64,000 bases of DNA from Dicyema japonicum (lineage: Eukaryota > Animalia > Dicyemida), in contig RDEW01000004.1 of assembly GCA_011109175.1 (NCBI GenBank), forward strand, positions 1,635,355 to 1,699,354. Reading direction: 5' to 3'. Below, one piece after another: positions 62,936-64,000 of this stretch. The stretch's first letter is position 1. Each line of letters starts with the position of its first letter. The translations under genes were made by a program, and so were the position numbers. The notes under the pieces are model-generated. The model was given only the letters and a program-made list of their open reading frames with translations. It was not told the origin of the DNA and did no database searches.

Positions 62936-64000
62936 GTTATTATTGCACGACACACTAGGCGATTATTATGTTTGGCGACGAGTCTTTCAGGAACGACACA
63001 GTAGTTAAAAGGGATCTTCCTACCTTTCTCCCTGACCAAATCCTCTCATCGCTAAAAATGAAGTGATGTCAGCGATGGTAGAACGTGGGACAAAAATGGA
63101 AGAGGACGGACCTACTTCCCCACCTCTCTTCGGAAGCGGAAGCCTGAAATTAAGTATTGAAAGATGGATTTGGTCGGCACAAGCAGATGTTCTCCTTTCG
63201 GTTCCTTCCTTGGACTAGTTAGTTATGACTGTTTGTGCTGAATTTACCATTGTAAGCCTGGAGTTAGCAATAATAATAGTCATTATTATAATAAAATCTT
63301 ACTTAACCATTACGAAGATGAAAGATTATTCTAATGAATATTAGTTCAAATAAGTAATTAGTCGATTTAGGGTTATAGTCAATATATCAAAATGGCAATT
63401 TGACTGGCGAGCTGTTGGTCATTTTATTCCCCATAGTATGGATAATTTATTACCCATTTGAGCAAACCATACAAAAAATTAAAAAATTCCATTGAAGTCA
63501 ATCTAAAAACCACATAATACGTTTCTCGAATTATCTAAGTATTTCTTTAGGCTTCTCATAATACGTTTCTTGAATTCGTTTTTTTGAAGTTGGCAAAACT
63601 AAGTTAAATACTTTTAGAATAAGACCACGTCAAAATAAAAAAAACATTTAAAAAATTATTGGAACATCAATTAAAGCGGAAATAAAATTAATCAGCAAAT
63701 TGGTGTAATAAGCCATTCGGAACCACATCACTAAGTAAATGAGTTAATATTTTAATGATTTTTATTTAAAATAAGTAATTAGTCGACTTATTGTCAAACA
63801 TAATACAGTCCGATCTTGTTTTGAAAACCCAAACTACTGGGAAAACCTCTTTTTTGGGGAAATCAATTTTGAGGAGATTTTATCATTTAATAGTAACGAT
63901 GAAATTTTCTTTTAGTAATAATCCCCAAATGTGAAAATTGGTAACGAAATGTTAATATATTTGTTTAAAAGCTAATTCAATCTTGCAACAATTATTAATT

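Noticed and set aside
63348-63790. aaataagtaattagtcga repeated ~420 bp apart, and cataatacgtttct.gaatt repeated at ~63512 and ~63558
   Set aside because: Too short and AT-rich to define LTRs or a regulatory array; no PBS, PPT or coding content.

Overview
Eukaryotic, AT-rich window with no intact long ORF. It is mostly decayed transposons: APE-type LINEs (an RTE-like family, a family whose ORF2 ends in 'G-I-T-stop' with at least 12 separate 3' ends, and a third family), RLE-type non-LTR elements (CRE-like, R4/Dong-like), Tc1/mariner relics, a long-TIR MULE-like element and tRNA-like SINEs. Between them are host-gene relics that the ORF track misses because they are split by ultrashort GT-AG introns of 22-26 nt: a GPSM/LGN(Pins)-like TPR gene with four introns of exactly 23 nt, a lysosomal/prostatic-type histidine acid phosphatase pseudogene, a type-I membrane protein and further unidentified genes. 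A beta-tubulin pseudogene is also present. Animal-type genes with ~23-nt introns suggest a tiny-intron parasite such as a dicyemid mesozoan (inference, not shown by the sequence). No CRISPR array, rRNA or convincing intact tRNA was seen. All translations and alignments were done by eye, family names rest on remembered motifs, and element boundaries are approximate.
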